A DNA stretch of 64,000 nucleotides. Source: Vulcanimicrobiota bacterium (GTDB taxonomy: Bacteria > Vulcanimicrobiota > Vulcanimicrobiia > Vulcanimicrobiales > Vulcanimicrobiaceae). Under the pieces are notes generated by a model. It searched no databases, was not told the DNA's origin, and saw only the letters and a list, made by a program, of their open reading frames with translations. The stretch covers positions 57,473-121,472 of the forward strand of contig CAWAXX010000001.1 in the NCBI GenBank assembly GCA_963786105.1. Direction: 5' to 3'. Shown here piece after piece: positions 1 to 11,395 of this stretch (its first letter is position 1; the number at the start of each line of letters is the position of its first letter). The position numbers were made by a program, and so were the translations under genes.

Positions 1-115
1 AGACGTTCGGAACGAACCCGATCTTCGCGCGATTGACCTCGTAGACGTCGCGAATGTCGGCCGGCAGCTCGGCTTCGGCGGGCTCGCCGAAGCGCGAAGC
101 TGACGTACGCGTCAC
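1..115 (-). CDS. Peroxidase-related / AhpD-like alkylhydroperoxidase, 5' part only (runs off the window edge)
   Basis: Manual translation from GTG at 115 gives MTRTSASRFGEPAEAELPADIRDVYEVNRAKIGFVPNV. The 'LP.DI.......K.GFVPNV' pattern is typical of AhpD/CMD peroxidase-related enzymes. Confidence 0.65.
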   Translation of the reverse strand, partial: MTRTSASRFGEPAEAELPADIRDVYEVNRAKIGFVPNV

Positions 116-119
116 GGCG

Positions 120-533
120 TTAGGAGGCCGTGATATTGCCGCACGAGACGTAGGTCGCTAAGTCCGACGTGCTCTTGTGGACGTTGATCGCAAACGGCGA
201 AGCCAATAGTTGGTCGATGGTGACGCCTTTGACGAGCGTCGTCGACGTGCCGTTGGCGAGGCTCGTGAGCGGATACTGCGGGGCCGGATTGAGGCTGGTG
301 CAGGTGCCGGGGTGAATGTGCGCCGGCTGCGCGTTCGCGGGAGCGTTCTTGACGGTAACGACGACTTGCACGCCGTCGGGTGTCTGCGTCAGCGTCGCGG
401 AACCGTCCTCGCCCGAACCGTTCTGGGCGCTCATGGTAACGGCGAGCGGGCCGGTGGCCGCCGTGACGGGGGCGGCGGTAAAGGCGAGAACGGCGAGTGC
501 CAAAGCGGCGATGGCATAACGGGTAGCGTTCAT
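120..533 (-). CDS. Secreted hypothetical protein, CHRD / Cu-Zn SOD-like fold
   Basis: Signal peptide; PAHIHPGTC and AINVH...YVSCG motifs; AAGGA RBS upstream. Confidence 0.65.
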   Translation of the reverse strand: MNATRYAIAALALAVLAFTAAPVTAATGPLAVTMSAQNGSGEDGSATLTQTPDGVQVVVTVKNAPANAQPAHIHPGTCTSLNPAPQYPLTSLANGTSTTLVKGVTIDQLLASPFAINVHKSTSDLATYVSCGNITAS

Positions 534-591
534 ATCGGTGCTGTTCCTTTCTCGAGAGACGCGTACTTTAATGAAGAGATCCTACCTTATT

Positions 592-3513
592 TTAGTGAGG
601 GGGCTGCCGTTCGGCCTTTTCCAGCCGTCCGGCGAGGGTGACGACCGCCGCATCGGCTTGACTCGTCGGCGGGGCGTCGGCGCCGTCGATGGTGTCGAGA
701 AGAAACGCTGCGGCTTCGTTGATCGAGCCGAACTCATCGGCGGCCTTGGCATGGCCGGCAGTTTTGGCGGCGCCCGAGTCGCGAAAGCTCCGGTCCATGA
801 TCGACGTCAGCGTATGCGCGAGTCCGTATTGCGAGGCCAGGGCGGCCGGCGTCATCGACACCCGTGGATCCATCGCGACGACCAGCGGCTGCCGCGTCGT
901 CGTCCCATCGACGTCCAGCTCGACGACGTAGTTTCCCGGAACTACGAGCGCACCTTCGGGCACGGGCGGCGTATCGTGCGGAACTGCCGAGATCGGCAGG
1001 TCTCTAGCCGGCGAAAGCGGGGCGGGCTCGCGGAGGTCCCAAACGAAGCGATGCATGCCCTGCACCGGTGCCGGGCGGCGAAACGGGCGCTCCCAATACG
1101 CCGGTTTATCGAGATCGGGAATTGGCGGCGGTGCCGGATCGTCGCTAGCGTAGCGCCGTACGATGCGTTGCCGGTCGTCATAGATCGTCACCACCACCCG
1201 TCGCGCGTTTGCCGTCAACGCGTAGTCCAGGATCGCGCCGTCGGGCGGATTCTGCCCGGTCGGCTCCTCGGGCGGCAGCGGCGTGTCGGTATTCAGGCTG
1301 CGCCGGACGCGATAGCGCGAGTTCGGGCAGAAAAAGGTAGGCGCCGCGGTTCTGCGCCAGTCGCCAGATCGCCGTTCGTCCGTGCGAGTGTCCGTAGCGG
1401 CGTGACGTCGTCGAGGATCCAGAAACCGCGGCCGTGCGTCGCGACGATCGCGTCGTTTCCGTGAACGATGATGTCGCGTACCGACGTGTGCGGGAGCCCT
1501 TGCTGGAGGCTCTGCCAGTGCGCACCGGCGTCGAACGAAACGTCCACGCCGTTTTCGGTCGCGGCATAAAGCAATCGAGGTTCTTGCGGATCCTGCCGAA
1601 CGGCATTTACCGGCTGGTTTGGAAGGCCGTCGATCGCGAGCTGCCAGTGCGCTCCGCCGTCGCGGGTAACGTACACGTACGGTCGCAGGTCGTCGAGACG
1701 AAACCGATTGACGGCCACGAAGGCGGTCGCGTCGTCGGTGCGGGAGGCGTCGATTTGCGCGATCTTGCTCCACGGCACGAGGCCCGGCGGCGTGATGTCG
1801 TGCCAATGCGAACGCCGCCGTCGCGCGTGATCCACACCAAGCCGTCGTCGGTGCCCGCCCAAATAGTTCCGCGATGGCGGTACGAGGGTGCGATCGCGTA
1901 GACGACGCCGCGATGCGTTCCATGTTGCTGATCGTTGCTTTCGAAGGGCCCGAGGGTTGCCGGCACCGCCGGATGCGCGCGCGTTAGGTCCGGACTGATG
2001 ACGTGCCAGCGCGCGCCGCCGTCGTCGGTTTGGAAAACGACGTTCGAGCCGAAGTAGAGCCGGCGTTTGTCGAAACGATCGAACGCCAGCGGTTCGGTTC
2101 GAACGACTCGATACGATTTCGACGGTAGTGCAATCGGGGAGACCTCTTGCGCCTGTCCCGTTCGCTCGACAAAGCGCTCGACTTTTCCGCCGAAGAAGAT
2201 ACCCGGGTGCAGCGGATCGGGAATGACGTATCCGTATTCTTGCGCTCCCGCAGTGTGCCAATCTCGTTGCGTGATCGCACCCCAGTCGCCGCGACTGCTG
2301 ACGCATGCCGAACCACTTTCTTGTTGTCCGCCGCACACCCAGTACGGAAACCGGTCGTCCGCCGACACGTGGTACATTTGCGCCGTCGGCTGGTTGTACC
2401 AGGAACTCCAGGTGCGGCCGCCGTTAACCGAAATCGTCGCGCCTTGATCGCTCACCAGTCCCACGACGCCAGAGTCGTTGGGATCGATCCAAATGCTGTG
2501 ATAGTCGTCGCCTCCGGGCGCGCCTTTGATCGCCGTAAACGTCTTGCCGCCGTCGCTCGACCGATACGTCGACGTGTTGGTGAGATAGACGACGTTTGCG
2601 TCGTGCGGGTCTACCGCGATCGAAACCAGGTCGTCGCCGCGCTGCGCGATTTGCGGATCGCCGTTGGTTTTCGCGAAGTGGGCGCCGGCATCGACGCTGC
2701 GGTAGACGGCGCCGCCGTGGTCTTGCGTATCGGCGTATGCGTACACGATCTGCGCGTCGCTTCGGCGCGAGAGCGATTTCCGAACGACCAATTTGCGCGG
2801 GAAGGCCGTCGGTGAGTTGCGTCCAGGTCGTTCCGCCGTCGGTGGACTTGAAGATCCCGCTGCCGGGTATCTCGAACGATCCGCCGATTTCCCACGGGGC
2901 TTGACGCGCCGCCCATAACGTCGCAAACACCGTGTTCGGATCGTGCGGATCGAGCACGACGTCGTACGCGCCGGTATTTTCGTTCTTGAACAGCACTCGG
3001 GAAAACGAAGCACCGCCGTCGATCGAGCGATAGATGCCGCGCTCGTCGTTGGGACCGTACGGATGACCGAGCACCGCCACGAAAACGCGATCGGCGTTCT
3101 TCGGATCGACGGCGATCGCCGCAATCTGCCGCCCGTCGCGTAAACCGAGGTGCGTCCAGGTCGCTCCCCGCATCGTTCGACTTATAGATCCCGTCGCCGA
3201 CGGCAAGGTCCGGACGTTGCAGTCCTTCGCCGCTGCCGGCATAGATGACGTTTGCGTTACTCGGAGCGATCGCGAGCGCGCCGATCGAACCGGTGGGCTG
3301 CGAATCGAAAATCGGCGTCCACGTGCGTCCGGCGTCGTCGGTCTTCCAGATTCCGCCGTTCACGACGCCGATGTAGAAAAGATTTGGACGACCCGGAACG
3401 CCGGCTATCGAGGTCGTCCTGCCACCGCGCAGCGGACCGACGAATCGCCAGTGTAGATCCTGGTACAGGGCGGGCGACACGCCCGTCAGTCCGGCAATCG
3501 CGGTGAGGAGCAT
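592..3513 (-). CDS. VPS10/BNR (Asp-box) repeat beta-propeller protein (glycosyl hydrolase-like), split by about 5 apparent frameshifts
   Basis: One continuous homologous protein across track frames 2611-3513, 2424-3242, 1607-3124, 1293-2336, 1178-1606 and 592-1923: WRFVGPLRGGR, repeated SxDGGxTW boxes, ATHGRGFWILDD, GMHRFVWDLR. Paralogous to 56612 and 59899. Confidence 0.8.
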
Positions 3514-3540
3514 TAGCCGGCGCAGCGAGTGGTGAGGCGA

Positions 3541-4432
3541 TCAATGGTGCGTGACTCGGCCGACGAATGCCGCGATCTCACCGAAGGCTTCGCGCGATTC
3601 AGGCAGGCTGGAAAAGATATGCCAGACGTGCGGAACCCCGTCGAACAGACGCAGGCTCGAATCGACGCCGGCCGCGCGAGCCTTGGCGTCGAGACGCACT
3701 GCGTCGTCGCGCAACGTCTCGATCGTGCTGGCCTGAATCATCAGCGGCGGCAAGCCGTGGAGCTCGGCATAGAGTCCGGACGCCAGCGGATCGTCCAGCG
3801 GCCGGTCGCCGACGTACGCGTGCGCGATTCGCCGCTCGCCACGTTTCGAGACCAGCAGGGTTGCCGCGAGATCGACCCACGGGGCGATCATCACCGCCCC
3901 GGCAGGCATGGGCAAACCCGAATCCCGCAGCGCCAGCATCGTCGAAAGCGCCAGCCCGCCGCCTGCCGAGTCGCCGGCGATCACGATATTGCGCGGCGCG
4001 TTTCCCGCGGCGAGGAGCCACCGGTATCCGGCCACCGCATCGTGGACCGCCGCCGGAAAGCGGTGTTCCGGCGCCAGCCGGTAGTCGAGCGCGAAGACGC
4101 GCGCGGTGCAACGCCGGCAAAAGGCGCCGGTGAGCGAGCGGTACATCGCCGGCGAACCGGCGACGTAGCCGCCGCCGTGCAGGTAGTATACGACGGTCGC
4201 CGCGTTGGGTTTGGCGTTGAGAATGACCCACTCGCCGCGAACGCCCGCCGCACGATCCTCGACCGACGCTCGCGCGAGACCGCGCGGCAGACGACCGAAC
4301 AACAGCACGCTGCGGCCGATCAGACCGACGGTACTTGCGCACGAAATGCGGGCTCGCAACGGTGCGTGCGCCCGGAATTTTAGACGTTACGCGAAGAACC
4401 ATGCGCAGCGCGCGGGCTCCCAGGCTTGCCAC
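3541..4432 (-). CDS. Alpha/beta hydrolase (HSL-family esterase/lipase), apparent frameshift near 4350
   Basis: HGGG oxyanion motif, GDSAGG nucleophile, LRDD and HVW catalytic motifs. The N-terminus MASLGARALRM lies in an adjacent frame. Confidence 0.85.
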
Positions 4433-4440
4433 CAGCGCGC

Positions 4441-5122
4441 CTACAGGCGCTTCCCGTTACGCTTGCCGCGGTGCTTTGGTGCGAAGGCCGCTCCGATTTT
4501 CCATGACGTCTTGCGCGGTAGCGTCTCGTCGACGTCGTCGCACCCGATCGGGCTAAAGTCGCGACAATCGTTCGGGCGGCCTTCGTAGATACCGCAATAG
4601 TGCCGTCCGCTGCGCGAACCCATAAGAAACACGCATTGATCGGAGATATCGTCTCCGACCTTGCGCAGCCAGCCGACGTGGAAAGCCATCGGCCGACGGG
4701 CGTTGCACGACGTAGTCGCGCAGGACGTCGTCGTAACTCAGACCGAGATGCTCGGCGATCCGGCGAACGTCGGCTTTGCTGACGAACGGCTCGTAGCCGC
4801 TGCAACATTCGGCGCAGCCTGGCGGACAAGCGACGTTGTCGGGCATGTCTTTGACATGCTTGCGCGCGAGGTCGATCACTTTGCCGACGGCTCTGACGAA
4901 CTCCGGGTCGTCGTTGTACTTATAGACCCATTCGCGTTTGGTGATTTCGTTGGCGTTGTAATAGCGCGTCGTCTTTTCGTCGAACTCGATCGTGATGTGC
5001 TCTTCGTCGATTTCGATCTTGTTGACGTGTTCCAGCGCGCGCGCGTCGAGCAGCTCGGGGTGCGTCGGCTGCCCCGTGCGACGCGCATAGCTCCGCAGGT
5101 TAATGAGGTCGATGGTCTCCAT
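4441..5122 (-). CDS. YkgJ-family Cys-cluster (Zn/Fe-S) protein, apparent frameshift near 4685
   Basis: CPPGCAECC, then CVFL...CGIYEGRPNDCRDF in the next frame; GGAG RBS before METIDL. Confidence 0.8.
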
Positions 5123-5183
5123 GCGCCATTCGATTCCTCCGGCGTGCGGGTGCGGCCTGTAGCCGTGCCAAACATAAGCGGGC

Positions 5184-6150
5184 ATGCGTACGGCTATTGG
5201 CGTCGACCTCGGCGGATCGCACGTCACCGCTGCGGTCGTTACGGACGACGGGACGATACAGCTCCCAGCACGAGCAGGACCTGGAGGACTTGCAGTTTGA
5301 GGTCGTCGTCGCAGCGGTGGCGACGCAGATCGCGGCGGCTATGAAAGATGCCGGAAGCGGCGTAGCCGGGATCGGCGTAGGTTCGCCGGGCAATATCGAT
5401 GCCGCATCGGGTGCGGTGCTGTACAGCCCGAACTTCGGCTGGACGCGAGCGCCACTCGGCGAGACGTTGCGCAAGAAGTTCAGCGTGCCGGTCTTCGTCG
5501 GCAACGATGCGCGGTGCGCCACGCTGGGCGAGCACGCGTTCGGTACGGGCGAGGGGATCAAGGACTTCGTACTCCTGACGCTGGGGACGGGAATCGGCGG
5601 CGGTATCGTGGCCGGCGGGCGGTTGATTCTCGGCAATCGCTGGGGCGCCGGCGAAATCGGGCACCATCAGATTCGTCCGACCGACGGGTTCGTTTGCGGC
5701 TGCGGAAAGATCGGATGTTTCGAAGCACAGGCGTCGGGAACCGGACTGATCCGCCACGCTTTTGCGGTAGCGCCGTCCTTTCCGCGCAGCAGTCTGCTCG
5801 ACGTCGCACGCGACAAACTCAGCTCGAAGAAAATCCGCAAGGCGGCGCAAGCCGGCGACAAGCACGCAACCGCGGCCTGGAAGAATTTCATTGCCGATCT
5901 CGCGATCGGCCTCGCGAACGTCATCGCCTTCGTCAATCCGGAAAAGATCGCACTTGGCGGCGGCGTTTCAACGGCTGCCGACTTCATGCTCGATGCCGTG
6001 CGCGGCCCGGTAGACGACCTGACGACGATGGTTCCAAAAGGCACGACGGAGATCGCGATCGCGCGGCTCGGAAACAACGCCGGGCAAGTCGGCGCGGCGA
6101 CCATGGTGTTTCGCGGCGGCTTGACGGCCGGCGATGCCGTCTCCGCGTAA
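5184..6150 (+). CDS. ROK-family sugar kinase (glucokinase-like), apparent frameshift near 5260
   Basis: MRTAIGVDLGGS start, GNDA, LTLGTGIGGG, GEIGH, CGCGKIGCFEA zinc motif. Confidence 0.9.
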
Positions 6151-6922
6151 GCTCGCGTTAATCACGGGCGCTTCCGGCGGCATGGGCGCCGAGTACGCCA
6201 AACTGCTCGCCGCCGATGGATACGATCTCGCATTGGTCGCTCGATCTCGTGAAAAGCTCGAGGCCGCCGGCGCCGCGATTCGCGCGCACTTTGGCGTCGA
6301 CGTTATGCCGATCGTTGCAGACCTCTCGGTCGTCGACGCCGCCGACGCCGTTGCCGCACGCGTTCCGCAATGCGACGTGCTGATCAACAATGCTGGGTTT
6401 GCAACCAACGGACGCTTCGAGCGTATCGCCGAAGAGCGTATGACTCAGGAAATCGTGCTCGACGTTCTGACGTTGACGCGACTGACGCGTAAGTACGTTC
6501 CCGGAATGATCGCACGCCGCGCAGGCAAGATTCTCAACGTCGCTTCGACCGCCGGTTTCCTTCCCGGACCCTTTATGGCGGTGTACTATGCGGCCAAGGC
6601 GTACGTCGTCTCGTTCTCTCAGGGGCTGGCCGAGGAATTGCGCGGAACCGGCGTTACCCTCACTTGCTTCTGTCCGGGGGCTACCGCGACCGGCTTCGCC
6701 GATCGAGCCGGGGTGCACGGCACGCTGCTCTTCAAACTGCCCGTTTCTAATGCTGCCGACATGGCGCGAGCCGGATACCGCGGTATGCTGCGGGGTAAAG
6801 ACGTCGTAGTACCGTGGCCGCCGTCGAACCGGCTGGTGGACCTTTCGGCACGGTTGCTACCTCGTCGAATCATGCTTTGGTTCTCGCGTAAGGCCGTGGA
6901 GGGTGAATCGAAAGATGCATAA
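6134..6922 (+). CDS. SDR-family oxidoreductase
   Basis: [17 protein letters not shown]. Confidence 0.92.
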   Translation: MPSPRKLALITGASGGMGAEYAKLLAADGYDLALVARSREKLEAAGAAIRAHFGVDVMPIVADLSVVDAADAVAARVPQCDVLINNAGFATNGRFERIAEERMTQEIVLDVLTLTRLTRKYVPGMIARRAGKILNVASTAGFLPGPFMAVYYAAKAYVVSFSQGLAEELRGTGVTLTCFCPGATATGFADRAGVHGTLLFKLPVSNAADMARAGYRGMLRGKDVVVPWPPSNRLVDLSARLLPRRIMLWFSRKAVEGESKDA

Positions 6923-8354
6923 GCGCAGCGCCGTGGCGGCATCGATGGTCCTGGTCGCCGCAGCAGTGGCCGGCTGGGTGGCGATCGGTTCGACCGCGTC
7001 AAGATCGAACGCCGCACCGGGCGACATTCACAAGATCAAACACGTCATTATCATCATGCAAGAAAACCGGTCGTTCGACCATTACTTCGGCACGTTCCCG
7101 GGAGCCGACGGCATACCGATGAAAGACGGCGTTCCCACCGTGTGCGTGCCCGTGCCGGAAACGAGTACGTGCGAAAAACCGTACTACGATCCGAACGACA
7201 AGAACCGGGGTGGTCCCCACAATTTTCACTCGTCGGAAGTCGACGTCAACGGCGGACGCATGGACGGATTCCTCACGGCCATTCATAAGGGCGCTGGACG
7301 CTGCACGGAGTTCGATGACCCGAACTGTGCCGGGCGCAAGCGCGTTCGCGACGTTTTGGGATACCACGACGGACGCGAGCTCGCCAACTACTGGAAGTAC
7401 GCCCACGATTTCGTGCTTCAAGATCGCCTATTCGAGAACGTGGCGTCGTGGAGTTTGCCGCAGCATTTGTTCATGGTGTCGGAGTGGTCGGCGAAGTGCG
7501 CGCAACTGCACGTCGCAATGAGCTGCACGAACGAACCGGAGAGTCCGGACTATCCGCCGGACTTTCGGCGCAAGGTGGCCGACATGCACACTGCGGGGCG
7601 TCCCGACTATGCGTGGACCGATTTGACGTATTTGCTCCATCGCAAACGCGTGAGTTGGGCGTACTACGTGATGACCGGAACGGAACCCGACTGCGCCAAC
7701 GACTTGGAACGTTGCCCGGGTAGGAATCAAAGCGCGAAAACGCCGGGAATTTGGAACCCTCTGCCGGCGTTCGATACGGTCAAGCAAGACGGCGAACTCG
7801 CCAGCATTCAAGACCTGCGGCAGTTTTACGTCGCGGCGAAAAACGGGACGCTGCCGAACGTGGTGTGGATTTGTCCCGCGGGGAAGTACAGCGAACACCC
7901 GGCATCACTGGTGAGCGACGGTCAAGCCTACGTCACCGGGTTGATCAATGCAATCATGCGCAGCCCGGATTGGGACAGTACGGTAGTCTTTCTCTCGTGG
8001 GACGACTGGGGCGGATTCTACGACCACGTTCCCCCTCCGAAAGTCGACGGGAACGGCTACGGGATCCGCGTGCCGGGCATCGTGATCAGCCCGTACGCCC
8101 GCCGCGGCTTCATCGACCACCAGGTGCTCAGTCACGACGCCTACGTGAAGTTCATCGAGGACGATTTCCTCGGCGGCGAACGCATCGATCCGAAAACTGA
8201 CGGCCGTCCCGATCAGCGCCCCGACGTCCGTGAAAACAATCCGAAGCTCGGCGATCTACGCGCCGATCTCGACTTCGCGCAGGTGCCCCGATCGCCGGAG
8301 ATTCTCCCGAACGCCACCATTTGGAACGGCGTCACCGCCGCGCCCGCTCCGTAG
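6915..8354 (+). CDS. Secreted phosphoesterase (phospholipase C / acid phosphatase family)
   Basis: [43 protein letters not shown]-terminal signal. Confidence 0.9.
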   Translation: MHKRSAVAASMVLVAAAVAGWVAIGSTASRSNAAPGDIHKIKHVIIIMQENRSFDHYFGTFPGADGIPMKDGVPTVCVPVPETSTCEKPYYDPNDKNRGGPHNFHSSEVDVNGGRMDGFLTAIHKGAGRCTEFDDPNCAGRKRVRDVLGYHDGRELANYWKYAHDFVLQDRLFENVASWSLPQHLFMVSEWSAKCAQLHVAMSCTNEPESPDYPPDFRRKVADMHTAGRPDYAWTDLTYLLHRKRVSWAYYVMTGTEPDCANDLERCPGRNQSAKTPGIWNPLPAFDTVKQDGELASIQDLRQFYVAAKNGTLPNVVWICPAGKYSEHPASLVSDGQAYVTGLINAIMRSPDWDSTVVFLSWDDWGGFYDHVPPPKVDGNGYGIRVPGIVISPYARRGFIDHQVLSHDAYVKFIEDDFLGGERIDPKTDGRPDQRPDVRENNPKLGDLRADLDFAQVPRSPEILPNATIWNGVTAAPAP

Positions 8355-8369
8355 TAGCTCGGGGCGACG

Positions 8370-9566
8370 TTACACTCCGGCGGCTTGGCGGAGAGGCTCG
8401 GGTGGGAGCGGGTCCTGGGCGGGGACGGTGCCGGTCTCGACGATGCGGGAGATCAGCTCGGCGATGCGGCGCGAGCTCCGGCGCGGGGCGACGATTTCTT
8501 GGTTGTGGCGAATGGCGGCAAGCCGCTCCGGCGTGCGGATCATCGAGCGTACCGCTTCGACGACTTGGGACGCGCTGCCGATGGCGACTTCGCCCAGCCC
8601 GTTGTGCCGCACGAAATCAACGTTGCCGCGCTCCTGTCCGGGGACGTAGTCGTAGACGATTACCGGAAGCTGAGCAGCGTTGGCTTCCGCGAGGGTCCCG
8701 GGGCCGGCCTTGGTAACGAGCAGGTCCGCGGCCCTGAAATACTCCGGAATTTTGTCGGTGAAGCCCAGAACGTGCATCGGCGTGGGCAGCCCCTTGGACA
8801 TTTCCGAGAGCTTCTGTTGCAGGTGCTCGTTTCGCCCGCACACGACCACGAGTTGAACCGGAAGGCGAGCGCGGGCCAGCGCCAGCGCGGTCGACAGCAG
8901 TTTCCCTCCGCCCTCACCGCCGGCCATCAGCATGACGATGAGTCCGTCGGTCGGGAGATCCAACTGCGCGCGCAACTCGGCGGCCGTCCCGGTGACGTCG
9001 TCAAATTTCGGATGAATCGGATGCCCGAGCAGTCGTAGCCGGGCGGGCGAGACCCCGCGCGAAAGCGCGCGCTGGTATACCTCGCGTGCCGGCACGACGA
9101 CCGCATCCGCATCGGCAACCAGCCAGGATTCGTGGACCTTTCCAAGGTCGGTGATGACGGTAACGATCGGGACGTGCTGCATGTGTGCGTCGGCGCGGGC
9201 ACGCAGGGCGGCGTGATTGAGCAGAGGGTGAACCGAGATGATGACGTCGGGTTGGTAGCTGATGAACAAGTCCCGCAGGCGTTCCCGGTAGAGCGGCTCG
9301 CAAAAACGAATGAGCGCCTTGTATCGGCGGCGCCCGTTGGTCGCGTAGTATAGCGCGCCGTACACAGGCGGTGCATAGCGCAAGGCCATGCTGTAGCCTA
9401 GGCCCAGCTGGGTCAGCGGGAACGAACAGTGGGCGGCAACGTCTTCAACGCGGTGCTCGAATGCGTGGGGAGTCTGAATCTCGTCCAAGGCCGCCGTGAT
9501 GGCGTTCGCAGCGGAGCGGTGGCCGCCGCCGGTGTCCGAAATCAAGAACATCGCCCGCTTCGTCAT
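8370..9566 (-). CDS. MGDG synthase / UgtP-like diacylglycerol glycosyltransferase (GT28)
   Basis: DTGGGHRSAA, SVHPL, TVITD, TKAGPGTLAEA, PGQERGN motifs. Confidence 0.88.
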   Translation of the reverse strand: MTKRAMFLISDTGGGHRSAANAITAALDEIQTPHAFEHRVEDVAAHCSFPLTQLGLGYSMALRYAPPVYGALYYATNGRRRYKALIRFCEPLYRERLRDLFISYQPDVIISVHPLLNHAALRARADAHMQHVPIVTVITDLGKVHESWLVADADAVVVPAREVYQRALSRGVSPARLRLLGHPIHPKFDDVTGTAAELRAQLDLPTDGLIVMLMAGGEGGGKLLSTALALARARLPVQLVVVCGRNEHLQQKLSEMSKGLPTPMHVLGFTDKIPEYFRAADLLVTKAGPGTLAEANAAQLPVIVYDYVPGQERGNVDFVRHNGLGEVAIGSASQVVEAVRSMIRTPERLAAIRHNQEIVAPRRSSRRIAELISRIVETGTVPAQDPLPPEPLRQAAGV

Positions 9567-9577
9567 TCGCTCTCCCG

Positions 9578-10108
9578 TCAGGCTCGAGCCGGCGTCCTCC
9601 GCGGACTACTGCGTCCGGCCGCGTTTCGCATCCGCCGGCTCGTCGGGGCGAGTAAGGCGAGTAGTGCCCGGGCCGGGGCGTCATAGAAGCGAAAAATGTC
9701 GCCAAACTCGATATCGGGGTTTCGGTGGTGGCCGTCGTGGTCCTCGGGAAGCACTACCCCGAGGGGCCGCAGGACGCCCCGAACCCAAGCGGGGGTCTTC
9801 CAGCCGAGCTCCGCCGTGTGGCGCCACCACACGTGGATCTGACCGAGCCCGAGCCCGAGCAGCGTCCCCTCCCAGGAGAGTCGCCAAACCAGCGCGGCCA
9901 CCACGACGTACGGCAGCGCGCCCAAGATGCCGTCGAGCAAAACCGACGGATCCGACGACAGCACCGCGTGGTCCCAGTACGAACGTCGCCGGTCGTGATG
10001 CGTACGCAAGTGCAGCGTAAACCAAACGTGCTGAGGGACGTGGTAAAAAAACGTAGAGGCGAAGTCGCCGGCCACCAGGGTAATCACGGCCGTCGCGGCT
10101 ATCAACAT
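9578..10108 (-). CDS. Sterol desaturase / fatty acid hydroxylase family membrane protein
   Basis: Histidine boxes YHVPQH, HLRTHH, HVWWRH and HDGHH with hydrophobic segments. Confidence 0.75.
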   Translation of the reverse strand: MLIAATAVITLVAGDFASTFFYHVPQHVWFTLHLRTHHDRRRSYWDHAVLSSDPSVLLDGILGALPYVVVAALVWRLSWEGTLLGLGLGQIHVWWRHTAELGWKTPAWVRGVLRPLGVVLPEDHDGHHRNPDIEFGDIFRFYDAPARALLALLAPTSRRMRNAAGRSSPRRTPARA

Positions 10109-10152
10109 CGGACACTCCTCTCAGAAACTACCGTAACACGCGAACGTCGTTT

Positions 10153-10880
10153 GTGAAGGTCCTCCTCGCTCTTATAGTATCGATACTTCTATCCGGTTGC
10201 ACGCGGCTGCCGTTCGGGCGTCCGCACGTGCGCGCCGCCGAGCTTCCGCGCGTCACGCGCGCTCTTAACATGGTGTTAAGTTGGCCGGCTCCGCCGCACG
10301 TCGACGCGCTTTCCGGCGCCGTGCTGATTCGCGACGGTGGTCCGGTCGCGATCAGCCGGACCTGGCGATTGCGCGGGCGGTCTTACGCACGAATCCGCGC
10401 ATCGAACAAATCTGGGCGTTACTGCTTGCGATCGAAACGACGCGAGCGGCGCGCGAGCGGGATCTGCCGCCCGAGTTTCTCGCGGCGACCCTCTTGCAAG
10501 AATCGGCCTACGACGTCAACGCGCTATCGTCGGCGGGTGCGGTGGGCATCGCGCAATTCATGCCTGAGACCGCGGCCGCCGTCGGTATCGACCCGTACGA
10601 TCCGCTCGCCGCCATCGGCGGTGCCGCCCAGCTCCTGGGCGCTTACGTCGCAACCTATCGAGGAACGTACGAGGATCCCTATGCCACCGCGCTCGCCGCC
10701 TACAACGCAGGGCCGGCAGCCGTGAACCGGTATCGCGGCGTGCCACCCTATCCTGAGACGCGCGAGTACGTCGCTCTCGTCTTCGATCGATGGGCTCGTA
10801 TCGTGTCCTACGAGGCCGCTCCGGCCACCGGGTTGAAGCCTACGGGCGAATCGAAGCGCACAGAGAGGATTATTCGATGA
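10153..10880 (+). CDS. Lytic transglycosylase (SLT domain) lipoprotein, apparent frameshift near 10360
   Basis: LLSGC lipobox in the first frame; QES, GAVGIAQFMPETA, AYNAG, ETREYV in the second frame. Confidence 0.85.
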
Positions 10881-11350
10881 CGCGTTCGCGCTTTTCCGCG
10901 GCCTCGGTCCTGCTGTTTGCAGTCCTGGCGACGAGTGGTTGCGGCTTCACGAGCAGCCCGGCCGACAATCTCACCTTTAAAGCGCCGGCCGGCTGGCAGA
11001 GTTCTCCCGGGATTATGGGCTTCATGCAATTCTGGAAAGCTCCCAGCAGCAGTAAAGAAGTACTCATGCTGTTCAAGTCGCCCAAGCCGCTGGAGAACCA
11101 CGAAGTCTTCACCGCCGCCAACTTGCGCGACGCGAAAGTGGAGACTCGAAAACCCATCACTATTTGCGGAAACCAACCGGCCGAGTTTTTCAAAGCTCAG
11201 GGAACCTCATCTCAGGGCGGCGACAGCAACGTCGAGATGGTCATGAGCAATGCCGCCGGCAGCACCTACTTGGCGATGTATATTTATCCGGCTGGTGCGA
11301 CGCCGAACGGCGACGCCGACGCCGCCCTACGGGAACTCTGCTCGAAATAG
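10877..11350 (+). CDS. Hypothetical lipoprotein
   Basis: ATGA overlap with the upstream gene; TSGC lipobox-like signal. Confidence 0.65.
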   Translation: MTRSRFSAASVLLFAVLATSGCGFTSSPADNLTFKAPAGWQSSPGIMGFMQFWKAPSSSKEVLMLFKSPKPLENHEVFTAANLRDAKVETRKPITICGNQPAEFFKAQGTSSQGGDSNVEMVMSNAAGSTYLAMYIYPAGATPNGDADAALRELCSK

Positions 11351-11395
11351 CGCCCCTTTGTCGCCATCGGATAGTCCGATAGGGAGGCGCTGCGC

